Shown: positions 1 to 8,075 of the stretch, in pieces
Numbering within the stretch: the stretch's first letter is position 1
Layout of the letters: every line of letters begins with the position of its first letter
Source of the DNA: Deinococcales bacterium
Lineage (GTDB): Bacteria > Deinococcota > Deinococci > Deinococcales > JAAFIG01
Direction of reading: 5' to 3'
Assembly (NCBI GenBank): GCA_031414595.1
Contig: JANNVX010000088.1
Location: 64,001 to 128,000 of the forward strand
DNA length: 64,000 nt
Translations under genes and position numbers: made by a program
The notes under the pieces: generated by a model
Told to the model about the DNA's origin: nothing
The model's database searches: none
What the model saw: only the letters and a program-made list of their open reading frames with translations

Positions 1-165
1 CTGGTTTAAGGCTTTGAGTTGGTCTGGTGTGAGGTCGTCAAGGCTTTTGAGTTTGCCAGTATGCCCAATCAAATAAGCGACGAATAGCCTTGTGGTTGTT
101 TGCTTTGCTGCCCGTATCACTGGGATGCTGTTCAGGCGCACCCATGCCAAGCTCGAGGCTTTCAT
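1..165 (-). CDS. Hypothetical protein, N-terminal part only (runs off window)
   Basis: ATG at 165 overlaps the TGA of the AAA gene (ATGA); frame open to base 1 (MKASSLAWVRLNSIP...). Confidence 0.55.
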   Translation of the reverse strand, partial: MKASSLAWVRLNSIPVIRAAKQTTTRLFVAYLIGHTGKLKSLDDLTPDQLKALNQ

Positions 166-1811
166 GCTTTAACCTTCATTGTCGCTGCCTCGAGTTCGTA
201 CAACCGCTCGAGGGCTGCCGTGTCGCCACCCTTAGCGGCTTTTACCAGACTGGACAATATCAGCCGGTCAGCTTGGCTCGAGGGTCGCATTGCTAAGAAC
301 CGCGTCTCGAGTTCAGGGGTCAGAGTTGCACCTACTCGTTTTGCTGTGGGTTTCGACACTGGCAAAACATAATTATGTCCATCTTTGATAATTGCACCTT
401 GCTGCTCGAGCAGTTCAAGGGCTGTTTGAATTTCGGTTTGAAATGCACCATGTTCAAAACTCAGTTCACGGTATAAGTTCACTGGGGTTATCCGGCGCTT
501 TGCTTTGATAACCTCGAGTGCCAAAACCGTCAAATCATTTGATGCAGTTGAATCATTTGATGCAGTGGCTTGTGCATGAAATGATTCGCTGTCTATAACG
601 CTGTTCTTGGCATTTGATGTAGTGGATTGCATAGCAAGCGTATCCCCTGTACCCCTTGCTCTAACTTCTGACTGCATGAAATCGGCTTTATGCGTGATTG
701 ACGCAGTAACATTTGATGTAGTGCCGACTGCATGAAATGGGAGTGACTGCATCAAATCATCTTGGCTCGAGTCATCGCTTTTTGTGGGTAAGGCTTTAAG
801 TCTGTACGAAAGTGGCGCACCCTTTCCAATCCCTTTGATGGTCTCGAGCCGATCACCAAAGCCACCAAAAGCACGGCGCATAGCTTCATCTGCCCATCGC
901 TCTTTGATGTTACCGCCTGATATTGCCACTTCAAGCAATTCTTTACGGCTAAAGGTCTCACCCGCTCGAGCCTCGAGAAAGCGTGTCACGGCTTTTTCCG
1001 CTCTGTCCTGCCCGTTGTTCTCGGAGTTGGGAAGGTCACACCGTTCAACTCTGACCAAGTAAGCAGGGTCTATGTCATCGCCCTCGAGAACCAAGCGCAC
1101 ACCAAAAGGCTCGAGTCTTTGGGCAAAACTTTGTTTATGGACTTCCCAGCGAAGTGTATTTTGACCATCACATTCTTTTGGGTCAACTCGAGACAGGATA
1201 TGTACCGCTCGAGCCTGTGCGCTCTTGGCAACACTTCCCATAATGCCCCTGTCGCCGTCTTTCTCCCCTGCCATGCGTTTAGGAATGTGGTCAGTGATAA
1301 TCACGGCTGCTTTGGTCTTGGCTGCCAAGTTACGAAGTCCAGCCATCGGTTTCATGGTTTGCTCGAGTCGGTTTATATCGAGTCCGGGGAACGCACCCAT
1401 GTACGAATCAATCACGATGACTTGGGTCCCACTCTCCAAGGCGTGTAAGGTCAGGTTCTCGAGGTCGTCAGGGGTCAAACCACCATCAGACGGCTCGAGA
1501 ACCGCAATCTTTGAGATGTCGCCATCTGGGTAAGCGGCTTTGTGTTTCTCGAGCCAGTGGCGTACCGTTCGGGATTCGCCATCAGGTGCATCAGTATTTA
1601 CATAGATACTTGAGCCATGCGGCACACGCCAGCCAAGGAACTCACCACCGCGAGGGCGTGACATCTGCCAAAGAAGCCCTGCGAGGATCGTAGTTTTGCC
1701 AACGCCCTCACGCGCTCCAAAGAATGAAGTAAAGCCAAGCGGGAACACATCAGGTACAACAAAGCGGATGACCTCGAGAGGTGCAGTTAAATTGACCATC
1801 TTCAAAGCCAC
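162..1811 (-). CDS. AAA_25/RecA-like ATPase, RepA-type replicative helicase of the element
   Basis: Walker A GAREGVGKTT, Walker B IVIDS, 'IITDHIPK' and 'GSVAKSAQAR' motifs typical of phage/plasmid RepA helicases. Confidence 0.8.
   Translation of the reverse strand: MALKMVNLTAPLEVIRFVVPDVFPLGFTSFFGAREGVGKTTILAGLLWQMSRPRGGEFLGWRVPHGSSIYVNTDAPDGESRTVRHWLEKHKAAYPDGDISKIAVLEPSDGGLTPDDLENLTLHALESGTQVIVIDSYMGAFPGLDINRLEQTMKPMAGLRNLAAKTKAAVIITDHIPKRMAGEKDGDRGIMGSVAKSAQARAVHILSRVDPKECDGQNTLRWEVHKQSFAQRLEPFGVRLVLEGDDIDPAYLVRVERCDLPNSENNGQDRAEKAVTRFLEARAGETFSRKELLEVAISGGNIKERWADEAMRRAFGGFGDRLETIKGIGKGAPLSYRLKALPTKSDDSSQDDLMQSLPFHAVGTTSNVTASITHKADFMQSEVRARGTGDTLAMQSTTSNAKNSVIDSESFHAQATASNDSTASNDLTVLALEVIKAKRRITPVNLYRELSFEHGAFQTEIQTALELLEQQGAIIKDGHNYVLPVSKPTAKRVGATLTPELETRFLAMRPSSQADRLILSSLVKAAKGGDTAALERLYELEAATMKVKA
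533..757. repeat. Iteron-like cluster ATTT(G/C)ATG(C/T)AGT in both orientations inside the rep gene; putative origin
   Basis: Forward copies at 537, 555, 612, 711; reverse copies at 573 (partial), 671, 727, 746. Confidence 0.7.
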
Positions 1812-1814
1812 AAC

Positions 1815-2471
1815 TCACCACCCACCCTTAGAGGCTTTCCAACTTTTACCGCTCGAGCGTTCGGGCTTACTGGGTGCTGGTCTGTCCTCAAGTTGCCACG
1901 GGTTACGAACACCAGAACGCAAACTACTTTGCACCGTGGCGCGTACTCGGTGAGGCTCGAGACCAGAGGATAGTCCAGCGTCCTCGAGTTGGCTTCTAAA
2001 GGCTTCGGGGTCAACATCGTGACCAGATGCCAAGCCACCGACTTTGTACGCGGCTTTGGCAAGTTCGGCTTGTCGTAAACCCTGCCCACTTGGGAGGCTC
2101 GAGACACTAAGGCAGACCTTAGAAACCCAAGACTCGAGACGTGACCGAATATCACGGGCTTGGTACGGTTTAGGACTACTCTCGAGGTCGCCAGCCCAAA
2201 GGTATACCGCTCCGTAATGGCAGATATGCCCAAGTTCAGGAAAGGCAATCACTGCGCCGTAGTCATCACTCGAGCGATACGCGGTTAGGGCTATGCCATC
2301 GGCTAATAAGTCAGGGGTTGCACTCGAGACAGAAAAGCCAGCGCGTTCAAGCTCACAAATTGCGCCGCGTAGTACATCACGGTCAAAGGTGTGGTGTCGC
2401 ACGTTGCACCGCCTTTGCAAACTCGAGTGGTGCGTCCTTGACGGCTTCATTTGGCAGTGTGGGTAGGTCAT
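1815..2471 (-). CDS. Primase C-terminal-like helical protein (likely start GTG at about 2402)
   Basis: AYKVGGLASG...LEDAGLSSGLEPHRVRATVQSSLRSG resembles the helical domain that follows Prim-Pol domains; lies directly upstream of the helicase. Confidence 0.5.
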   Translation of the reverse strand: MTYPHCQMKPSRTHHSSLQRRCNVRHHTFDRDVLRGAICELERAGFSVSSATPDLLADGIALTAYRSSDDYGAVIAFPELGHICHYGAVYLWAGDLESSPKPYQARDIRSRLESWVSKVCLSVSSLPSGQGLRQAELAKAAYKVGGLASGHDVDPEAFRSQLEDAGLSSGLEPHRVRATVQSSLRSGVRNPWQLEDRPAPSKPERSSGKSWKASKGGW

Positions 2472-2580
2472 CCCAGTTTGTAGCCTGAGTAATTGGCTTT
2501 AAGTTTTTGACTCGAGGTGCTACAATTCTGGTATCAGTTTGTGCAGTTCTCGAGTGTCCCGTGTTGCCAGCACGGGACAT
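2383..2580 (-). CDS. Small hypothetical protein of the element
   Basis: Start is coupled to the excisionase stop (TAATG). Confidence 0.5.
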   Translation of the reverse strand: MSRAGNTGHSRTAQTDTRIVAPRVKNLKPITQATNWDDLPTLPNEAVKDAPLEFAKAVQRATPHL

Positions 2581-2801
2581 TATTTTGCACCTTGCTCGAG
2601 GATATTCTTAACAAAAGTTTCAAGTTCTGCTCGAGGAATATACGCACGGTTTCCGATTCGTATTGCTTTAAGTTTTCCTTCTCGCACAAGTTTATAGGTG
2701 CTATCCCGCCCAATTCCTAAGAACTTTGCTGCTTGGTGGGTGTTCACCATCAATGGTGAATCAATAGGGGTAAGTGTCGCCGCCGTTTCTGGTAACGTCA
2801 T
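2580..2801 (-). CDS. Excisionase-family (HTH_17) DNA-binding protein
   Basis: NTHQAAKFLGIGRDSTYKLVREGKLKAIRIGNRAYIPRAELETF; AGGAGA RBS. Confidence 0.85.
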   Translation of the reverse strand: MTLPETAATLTPIDSPLMVNTHQAAKFLGIGRDSTYKLVREGKLKAIRIGNRAYIPRAELETFVKNILEQGAK

Positions 2802-2968
2802 AAAGCATCTCCTGATGCCCTCGAGTGCTGCTTTGGTAGGTACGCTCGAGGTATTTTATTTTTCAAGCAAAGCAGAAATCTCTTCTCTTTGCTTCGCTCA
2901 GTACATTACAGGGCATTAGCGAACGAGTCAAGGAATACCATGCTATACAAGCATAGAATCATACTTTC

Positions 2969-3193
2969 TTGTTCGGAGTTATAGCCAACGCAACAGAACG
3001 CAGCACGATTAACCCGTTACAAGTACCATCATGTAGTACCACACTGTGTGACCAATAACTCAGAAGATAACCCCAGCGCTTTCATTGTCTAAGACAGTAA
3101 ATGAACTACATTTTGTGTTCTTTTTGTTCTGAGTTATTGCTAATTGAGTAAAGTGAACTTCGTGTTATCTGGTATGCCAATAACTCAGAACAA
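2969..3193. promoter_or_regulatory. Four copies of TTGTTCTGAGTTATTG-like motif arranged as two inverted pairs; putative operators
   Basis: 2969-2984 (+, 2 mismatches), 3053-3066 (-, partial), 3124-3139 (+), 3178-3193 (-, perfect). Confidence 0.55.
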
Positions 3194-3194
3194 G

Positions 3195-3764
3195 TCATAC
3201 GCTAAAGTCTATAGTTCGGGCTGTCTCAGTTAGTCTTAAGTGGGTAGTACGAGGTTTAACGTTACCTATCCGCTGCCGCTCAAGTAATTTGCGAGATTCT
3301 AAACGTCTCACAGCATCAGAAATTGCATTAGGGGCATGGTCATCTAGCCCTCGAGCTTTCAAGAATTCTTTACTACTCCAGGGGATTCCAAAGCCTTGCA
3401 ACTCATGACGTTTTCTTGCTGTGCGAGCTTTTTTTTCGATGCTAAGTAAGTATTTCAAGATTTCAAGTTGTAATTTAGAAAGCTGTGCGTCAGCATATCG
3501 AATCCCTCTGCGTACCCGGCACAATCCCCATAATGGTGATGACCCATCATCTGGTATGTACCAGATGTATTTTAGCCCTTCTTCGACAGCGTATTCGGCA
3601 TTGAATGGTCTTGTTTCACCAATAAATCCCCCTAGTTCTTTTGGTACTCCATCGGGGTCATACATTGGGCTTCTCTTGCCTATAGGGGCTGCTTCTAATA
3701 CTGGTCGTAACCGTAAAGGAAATATCCCTTTAGAACCATATCCTCGAGACGCACGACCATTCAT
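3195..3764 (-). CDS. Hypothetical protein with C-terminal winged-helix (MarR-like) domain
   Basis: LSKLQLEILKYL...AISDAVRRLESRKLLERQ...HLRLTETA. Confidence 0.6.
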   Translation of the reverse strand: MNGRASRGYGSKGIFPLRLRPVLEAAPIGKRSPMYDPDGVPKELGGFIGETRPFNAEYAVEEGLKYIWYIPDDGSSPLWGLCRVRRGIRYADAQLSKLQLEILKYLLSIEKKARTARKRHELQGFGIPWSSKEFLKARGLDDHAPNAISDAVRRLESRKLLERQRIGNVKPRTTHLRLTETARTIDFSV

Positions 3765-3956
3765 ACTATATCTTACTATATGCTCCTAACAAAATGATGT
3801 AGGACGATTCGGAAGGTTTGACCGTGTGCAACCCGTGTGCAACGGGCAAAGTTTTTTATAGGAAGACTCAGGATGTTGTAGTAGAACAGCTTAGAAAAAA
3901 CACGCCCTAGACAGCACATACAAAACATTGAAGTAAGATGTAGTATAGAGTTTTCG

Positions 3957-4004
3957 TGATTCGTAATCAGTAGGTCGTCGGTTCAACTCCGACCATCGGC
4001 TCCA
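3957..4004 (+). pseudogene. 3' half of tRNA-Thr(CGT), the att-site duplication of the element
   Basis: Anticodon arm TGATTCGTAATCA, T-arm GTCGGTTCAACTCCGAC, acceptor strand CATCGGC-TCCA; the matching 5' acceptor strand and D-arm are absent upstream. Confidence 0.85.
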
Positions 4005-4008
4005 GAAG

Positions 4009-4034
4009 AAAACCCCGTGATGAACGGGGTTTTT
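4009..4034 (+). terminator. Rho-independent terminator (native tRNA terminator)
   Basis: AAAACCCCGT-gatga-ACGGGGTTTTT. Confidence 0.85.
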
Positions 4035-4159
4035 AGATTTGCCACTTTAGTTTTATGTTGTGGATTTTTGTGTTGTGATGCAGAATTTGGTGCTTATGAA
4101 TCATGGTTTTGGAAACAAAATTTATGCCAATCAATACCGAATTTTTTTAATCAAGTATT

Positions 4160-4618
4160 TTAGGGCATTTTTACCTTGAGTACGCCGATTGAATCACGTC
4201 CAGACTGACCAACCCGCAGCAGGGCTGTGCTGCGAACAGGCTGCTTAAAACAGACCTTGATGGTTTTACTGCACACACAAAAATCTGCCTCAATCTCGAG
4301 CGGATACTCACCTCGAGCCGCATTCTTGGGGATTTGCAGAGGAATCTCGAGGATATTGACCTTTTCCCAGTATTCGCTTGGCAACTCTGACCAAGGTGTC
4401 CCTGAAAATGCACTGCTGCTAAACGGCTTGGTACGATTAAAAGAGTTGGAAACTCGCACTACATTTGGGGCTGTGCGGCTGAGGGCAATATCAGCCTCGA
4501 GCGCTACCCTGAAACGCAAAATGGCTGGTTTGTCTGGTATGGCATAGACAAGCGACTGTTCAGCTTGGCTGCTGCTGACCAAAAGTAGACCAATCCATTT
4601 ATGATTGTTTAACCACAT
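4160..4618 (-). CDS. Secreted DsbD N-terminal-like thiol-disulfide domain protein (start uncertain)
   Basis: Signal-like N-terminus; C-terminal FCVCSKTIKVCF motif. Confidence 0.5.
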   Translation of the reverse strand: MWLNNHKWIGLLLVSSSQAEQSLVYAIPDKPAILRFRVALEADIALSRTAPNVVRVSNSFNRTKPFSSSAFSGTPWSELPSEYWEKVNILEIPLQIPKNAARGEYPLEIEADFCVCSKTIKVCFKQPVRSTALLRVGQSGRDSIGVLKVKMP

Positions 4619-4670
4619 AGACCACACCACCAGAATGCTCAATCCAAGCCCGTTCAAACATACAGTTTTT

Positions 4671-5573
4671 TCACTGCCCACTCCATGTCTGACCAGCGTC
4701 AAAACTGGCATAAACCTGTCCAACATCAGAAACACCATAGATATTTTTGTTGTTTTTTGGATTGACCGCTAAAAGAATAAAAGCCTCTGGTGCTTTTAAT
4801 TCTGCCCAACTTGTGCCATTGTCACTCGAGCGCAAAATACTGCTGTTCGATAAGCTAATCAAAATTGCCCCAGAGGTTTCGACCGCAATGGTCAATGGCT
4901 GACCATCAACTTTAATTTGCTTCCAAGTTGTTCCACCATTGCTCGAGCTAATTAAACCTTGGTCTTGAGTTACGGCGTAAAGAACAGGTGGCACACCTGT
5001 GGCAGCCACAATTTTGTAGGCTTGAGTTGTAGCTTTAGTCACAAAATTCCAGTTTTTTCCACCATCGGTTGAACGGTACAATCCACCCCCTGCCAGATTC
5101 GCGTATAACCAACCATTACTAGCCACTGTAAAACCATGAATATCTGTACCAGGTAGATTTCCCACACCGGGCTTTTGCCATGTCTGACCGGCATCTGGAC
5201 TGACTGCAAAAAAATCATGTCCCGCCAAAAACACCTTACCCGAATTCACGCCCATACCCATGGCATCACCGCCACCAGCCGCCTCGCTCCATGTCCGACC
5301 GGCATCTTTAGAAACTTGCACACCTGCGTGTTGCCCGTAATAAAGGCTGCCATCTTCACCAACTACTAGGGCGTGTAAATCACCCTCGAGTTGTGCCAAT
5401 CGGCTACCGGATGCTTGCCCAGATGGGTTACTCGTACTTGTGGAAGGCAATCTGGACGAAAAAAAACTCCAAGCAAAAACACCAATGCCAGCCATTACCA
5501 ATACAAAAAATACAGCCGTAAAAATCAATGGGCGTTTTTCCGAAGGTTGGGTTTGTTGTTCTGGGTTTTTCAT
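4671..5573 (-). CDS. Membrane-anchored BNR/Asp-box beta-propeller protein (YCF48/F510_1955-like)
   Basis: N-terminal TM helix; repeated SxDxGxTW motifs; DLHAL and DIHGF motifs. Confidence 0.8.
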   Translation of the reverse strand: MKNPEQQTQPSEKRPLIFTAVFFVLVMAGIGVFAWSFFSSRLPSTSTSNPSGQASGSRLAQLEGDLHALVVGEDGSLYYGQHAGVQVSKDAGRTWSEAAGGGDAMGMGVNSGKVFLAGHDFFAVSPDAGQTWQKPGVGNLPGTDIHGFTVASNGWLYANLAGGGLYRSTDGGKNWNFVTKATTQAYKIVAATGVPPVLYAVTQDQGLISSSNGGTTWKQIKVDGQPLTIAVETSGAILISLSNSSILRSSDNGTSWAELKAPEAFILLAVNPKNNKNIYGVSDVGQVYASFDAGQTWSGQ

Positions 5574-5619
5574 ACTTATTCCTTACTTCTGCGGCTATTT
5601 TGATTGGTCTATGGCTCGG

Positions 5620-6612
5620 TCAGCGCTTTTCTATTTTTTGCGTTAGCCTTTGAATTGCCACTTGCACCTGACTCGAGCGAGGGTCTTCTTTAGCGGCAGC
5701 TTGCCATGCGGTCAAGGCTTTTTTGTACTGCCCAAGCTGCTCGAGCGCCGTTGCATAATAGGCATTGATTTCACGGCTGTTGGGATAGCCTTTAAGCGCA
5801 GTCGCCGCGACCCGAATCGTCTGTTGGTACAAGCCAGCTTTATTCCAAGCCTCAAAAGCATCTTGTTGATACCAGTATTGTCTGGCGGTTAATCCCAAGC
5901 TATGGGATTGACTGAAAGCCTTGGCAGACGATTTTGTCAACCCTTGATAGAGGTATGCCTGTCCAAGACCCCACCACGCCGCCGAATCGCTGGGGGTATT
6001 TTTAAGGCGTAGTCTCGAGTTCTGCTCGAGTCGTTCTAAATTAAGTTGTCTGTTCCAATTCTTACCAAGGATTTTTTGCAGGGCGGCACGTTGCTTTGGG
6101 CGGTAGGCAATCAAATACTCGCCGTTGTAAGGCTTAGAAACAATCGCAAATTCACGGTTGGTTAAACGAAACCTTGCCCCAAACATCGAATCGCCAGAAA
6201 TAATCGAGTTTTGATCAAAACCATAAGCCACCCGAAAATGCCCAATATCGCTGTTGGTTTTTTGTTGCTGATGCAAAATAACGGCAAAATCAGCTTTGAC
6301 CAAACTTCGTACCAAATCTGGGGTTATCAACCAACGGCGAATGGTTTGTAGTCCATTGGCTTGCAGATAATTGGCTAATTCTGGGGTGGTCACATTGCGG
6401 TCTGGATAGCTACCTTTCAGCGCTGCCGCAGCCTCGGCTTGAGAAACCCTGATGCCAGCCAGCGACAACGCCATTTTAGCGGTCATCGGTCCGCAATTAT
6501 TTAAGCGCTGAAATTCAAAACCAAGCCCTGATGAAAGGGCATCATTTGATTGCGCGGCAGCCAGACCAAAACCAATCCCTAAAATTAAAATACTACATTT
6601 GAATGCTGTCAT
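5620..6612 (-). CDS. Secreted C39-like cysteine peptidase with C-terminal TPRs
   Basis: QRLNNCGP (Cys), GHFRV (His), GDS (Asp); TPR-like helices. Confidence 0.8.
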   Translation of the reverse strand: MTAFKCSILILGIGFGLAAAQSNDALSSGLGFEFQRLNNCGPMTAKMALSLAGIRVSQAEAAAALKGSYPDRNVTTPELANYLQANGLQTIRRWLITPDLVRSLVKADFAVILHQQQKTNSDIGHFRVAYGFDQNSIISGDSMFGARFRLTNREFAIVSKPYNGEYLIAYRPKQRAALQKILGKNWNRQLNLERLEQNSRLRLKNTPSDSAAWWGLGQAYLYQGLTKSSAKAFSQSHSLGLTARQYWYQQDAFEAWNKAGLYQQTIRVAATALKGYPNSREINAYYATALEQLGQYKKALTAWQAAAKEDPRSSQVQVAIQRLTQKIEKR

Positions 6613-6652
6613 GCTAAACCTCTGGTGATAAGAAAAGGCTTTTAGTGTCAGC

Positions 6653-7258
6653 TTAAATCTTCTTGGTTTTTAACCAACCTTCGTACTGCTTAATTTCTTT
6701 GCTTTGGTCACTCACCACGGCTTGACCAAATTTCTTGAGTTCCGGGCGCAAGGCGCGTTTCATGGCATCTTTACCCATTGCCACGGCGTGCTGATGGTGT
6801 GGAATCATGCCCTCGAGAAAGGCTTTATCTGGTGCTTGCATCGAATTTTTACTTGTGACATCCATCATTGGTTTCATATCAGCTTTCATCAGTGCCATTT
6901 GCTTAGGGTCTGGTGTGGCTTTGTACCAAGTTTTAAGCCAAGTATTCATTTGTGAGATTTCTTTTGCTTGGGCATTGATAATTTTTTGTGCCGCAGCTTT
7001 AACATCTTTATCTAAGCAGTTCTTAACGCACATTTTTGACATCTCGACTGCACTACGGTGATGTTCAATCATCTGTGACATCCAAGCTATATCGTAGGCT
7101 TTGCCACTCAGAGCCGCCAGTGCTTTGGTACTCGAGTCTCCCATGGTCATCTTGCCCATACCGCCCATATCATGATCCATTTGTGCTACGGCTGGAACAC
7201 TAAGGGCTACTAAACCAAGTGTGCCAATAAAACCCAATGCCAATAAAATCTTTTTCAT
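6653..7258 (-). CDS. DUF305 (CopM-like) Met/His-rich metal-binding protein
   Basis: Signal peptide; MIEHHRSAVEMS and MIPHHQHAVAMG repeats. Confidence 0.9.
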   Translation of the reverse strand: MKKILLALGFIGTLGLVALSVPAVAQMDHDMGGMGKMTMGDSSTKALAALSGKAYDIAWMSQMIEHHRSAVEMSKMCVKNCLDKDVKAAAQKIINAQAKEISQMNTWLKTWYKATPDPKQMALMKADMKPMMDVTSKNSMQAPDKAFLEGMIPHHQHAVAMGKDAMKRALRPELKKFGQAVVSDQSKEIKQYEGWLKTKKI

Positions 7259-7391
7259 ATGTTTAACCTCGAGCAGTAGCATACAAAGCCAGTGTTCAGC
7301 TCTGATAAAGCTAATTTGTTACTTGTGGAACAGATTTTTTTGACTTATGTTAAGTTTGTGTAAAGTACACTTTTGTGGTTTACAATGCGGT

Positions 7392-8075
7392 GTGACCAGA
7401 ATTTTGGTGGTTGATGACGAACCCAGTGTGCGTGATATTGCCCGTGGCTATCTTGAGCGCGAAGGGTTTGTGGTCTCGAGCGCCGAAACTGGTTCACAAG
7501 GCTTACAACAAATCCTAGAAACAGCCCCACATTTGGTGATTCTCGATCTGATGTTGCCAGAAATGGATGGGCTTGAAATTCTAAAACGCCTTCGTCCACA
7601 TAATAAAACACCTGTGCTGTTACTGACGGCTCGAGGTGAAGAATTTGATCGGGTGCTTGGCTTAGAACTAGGCGCAGATGATTACCTGACCAAACCTTTT
7701 AGCCCCCGTGAATTGGTGGCTCGAGTCAAAGCAATTTTGCGTCGAACCGAGACCCAAAGTAGCAGTCAAGCCTTGCAGCACGGCGATTTACGCTTAGACC
7801 CACAACGGCACGAAGTGTATTTAGCAGATAAACTGGTACACTTGAGCGCCCTCGAGTTTGAATTGCTTTATACTTTACTGGCTCAACCGATGCGGGTTTT
7901 TAGCCGCAACCAACTGATTGAGGCTGTTTGGGGCGATGATTTCCCCGGTGTAGACCGTGTAGTGGATGTGCATATCTCGAGTCTACGGCGCAAACTAGGC
8001 GATGACCCTGAACGTCCACGCTACCTTGCGACGGTGCGTGGGGTTGGCTACCGAATGCTCGAGGCTCGAGGATGA
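7392..8075 (+). CDS. OmpR-family response regulator
   Basis: ILVVDDE receiver, GADDYLTKPF, TVRGVGY; GTG start 5 nt after TACAAT. Confidence 0.95.
   Translation: MTRILVVDDEPSVRDIARGYLEREGFVVSSAETGSQGLQQILETAPHLVILDLMLPEMDGLEILKRLRPHNKTPVLLLTARGEEFDRVLGLELGADDYLTKPFSPRELVARVKAILRRTETQSSSQALQHGDLRLDPQRHEVYLADKLVHLSALEFELLYTLLAQPMRVFSRNQLIEAVWGDDFPGVDRVVDVHISSLRRKLGDDPERPRYLATVRGVGYRMLEARG

Larger units (their letters stand above)
1..4004. mobile_element. Right end of an integrated phage-satellite/ICE-like element (left end and integrase outside the window)
   Basis: Co-oriented Rep/helicase, primase-accessory-like, excisionase and HTH genes, ending at a 3' tRNA fragment followed by a terminator. 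Confidence 0.8.

Noticed and set aside
3930-4004. Complete tRNA-Thr gene
   Set aside because: The 5' acceptor strand (GCCGATG) and D-arm are missing; only the 3' half is present, so it is treated as an att duplication.
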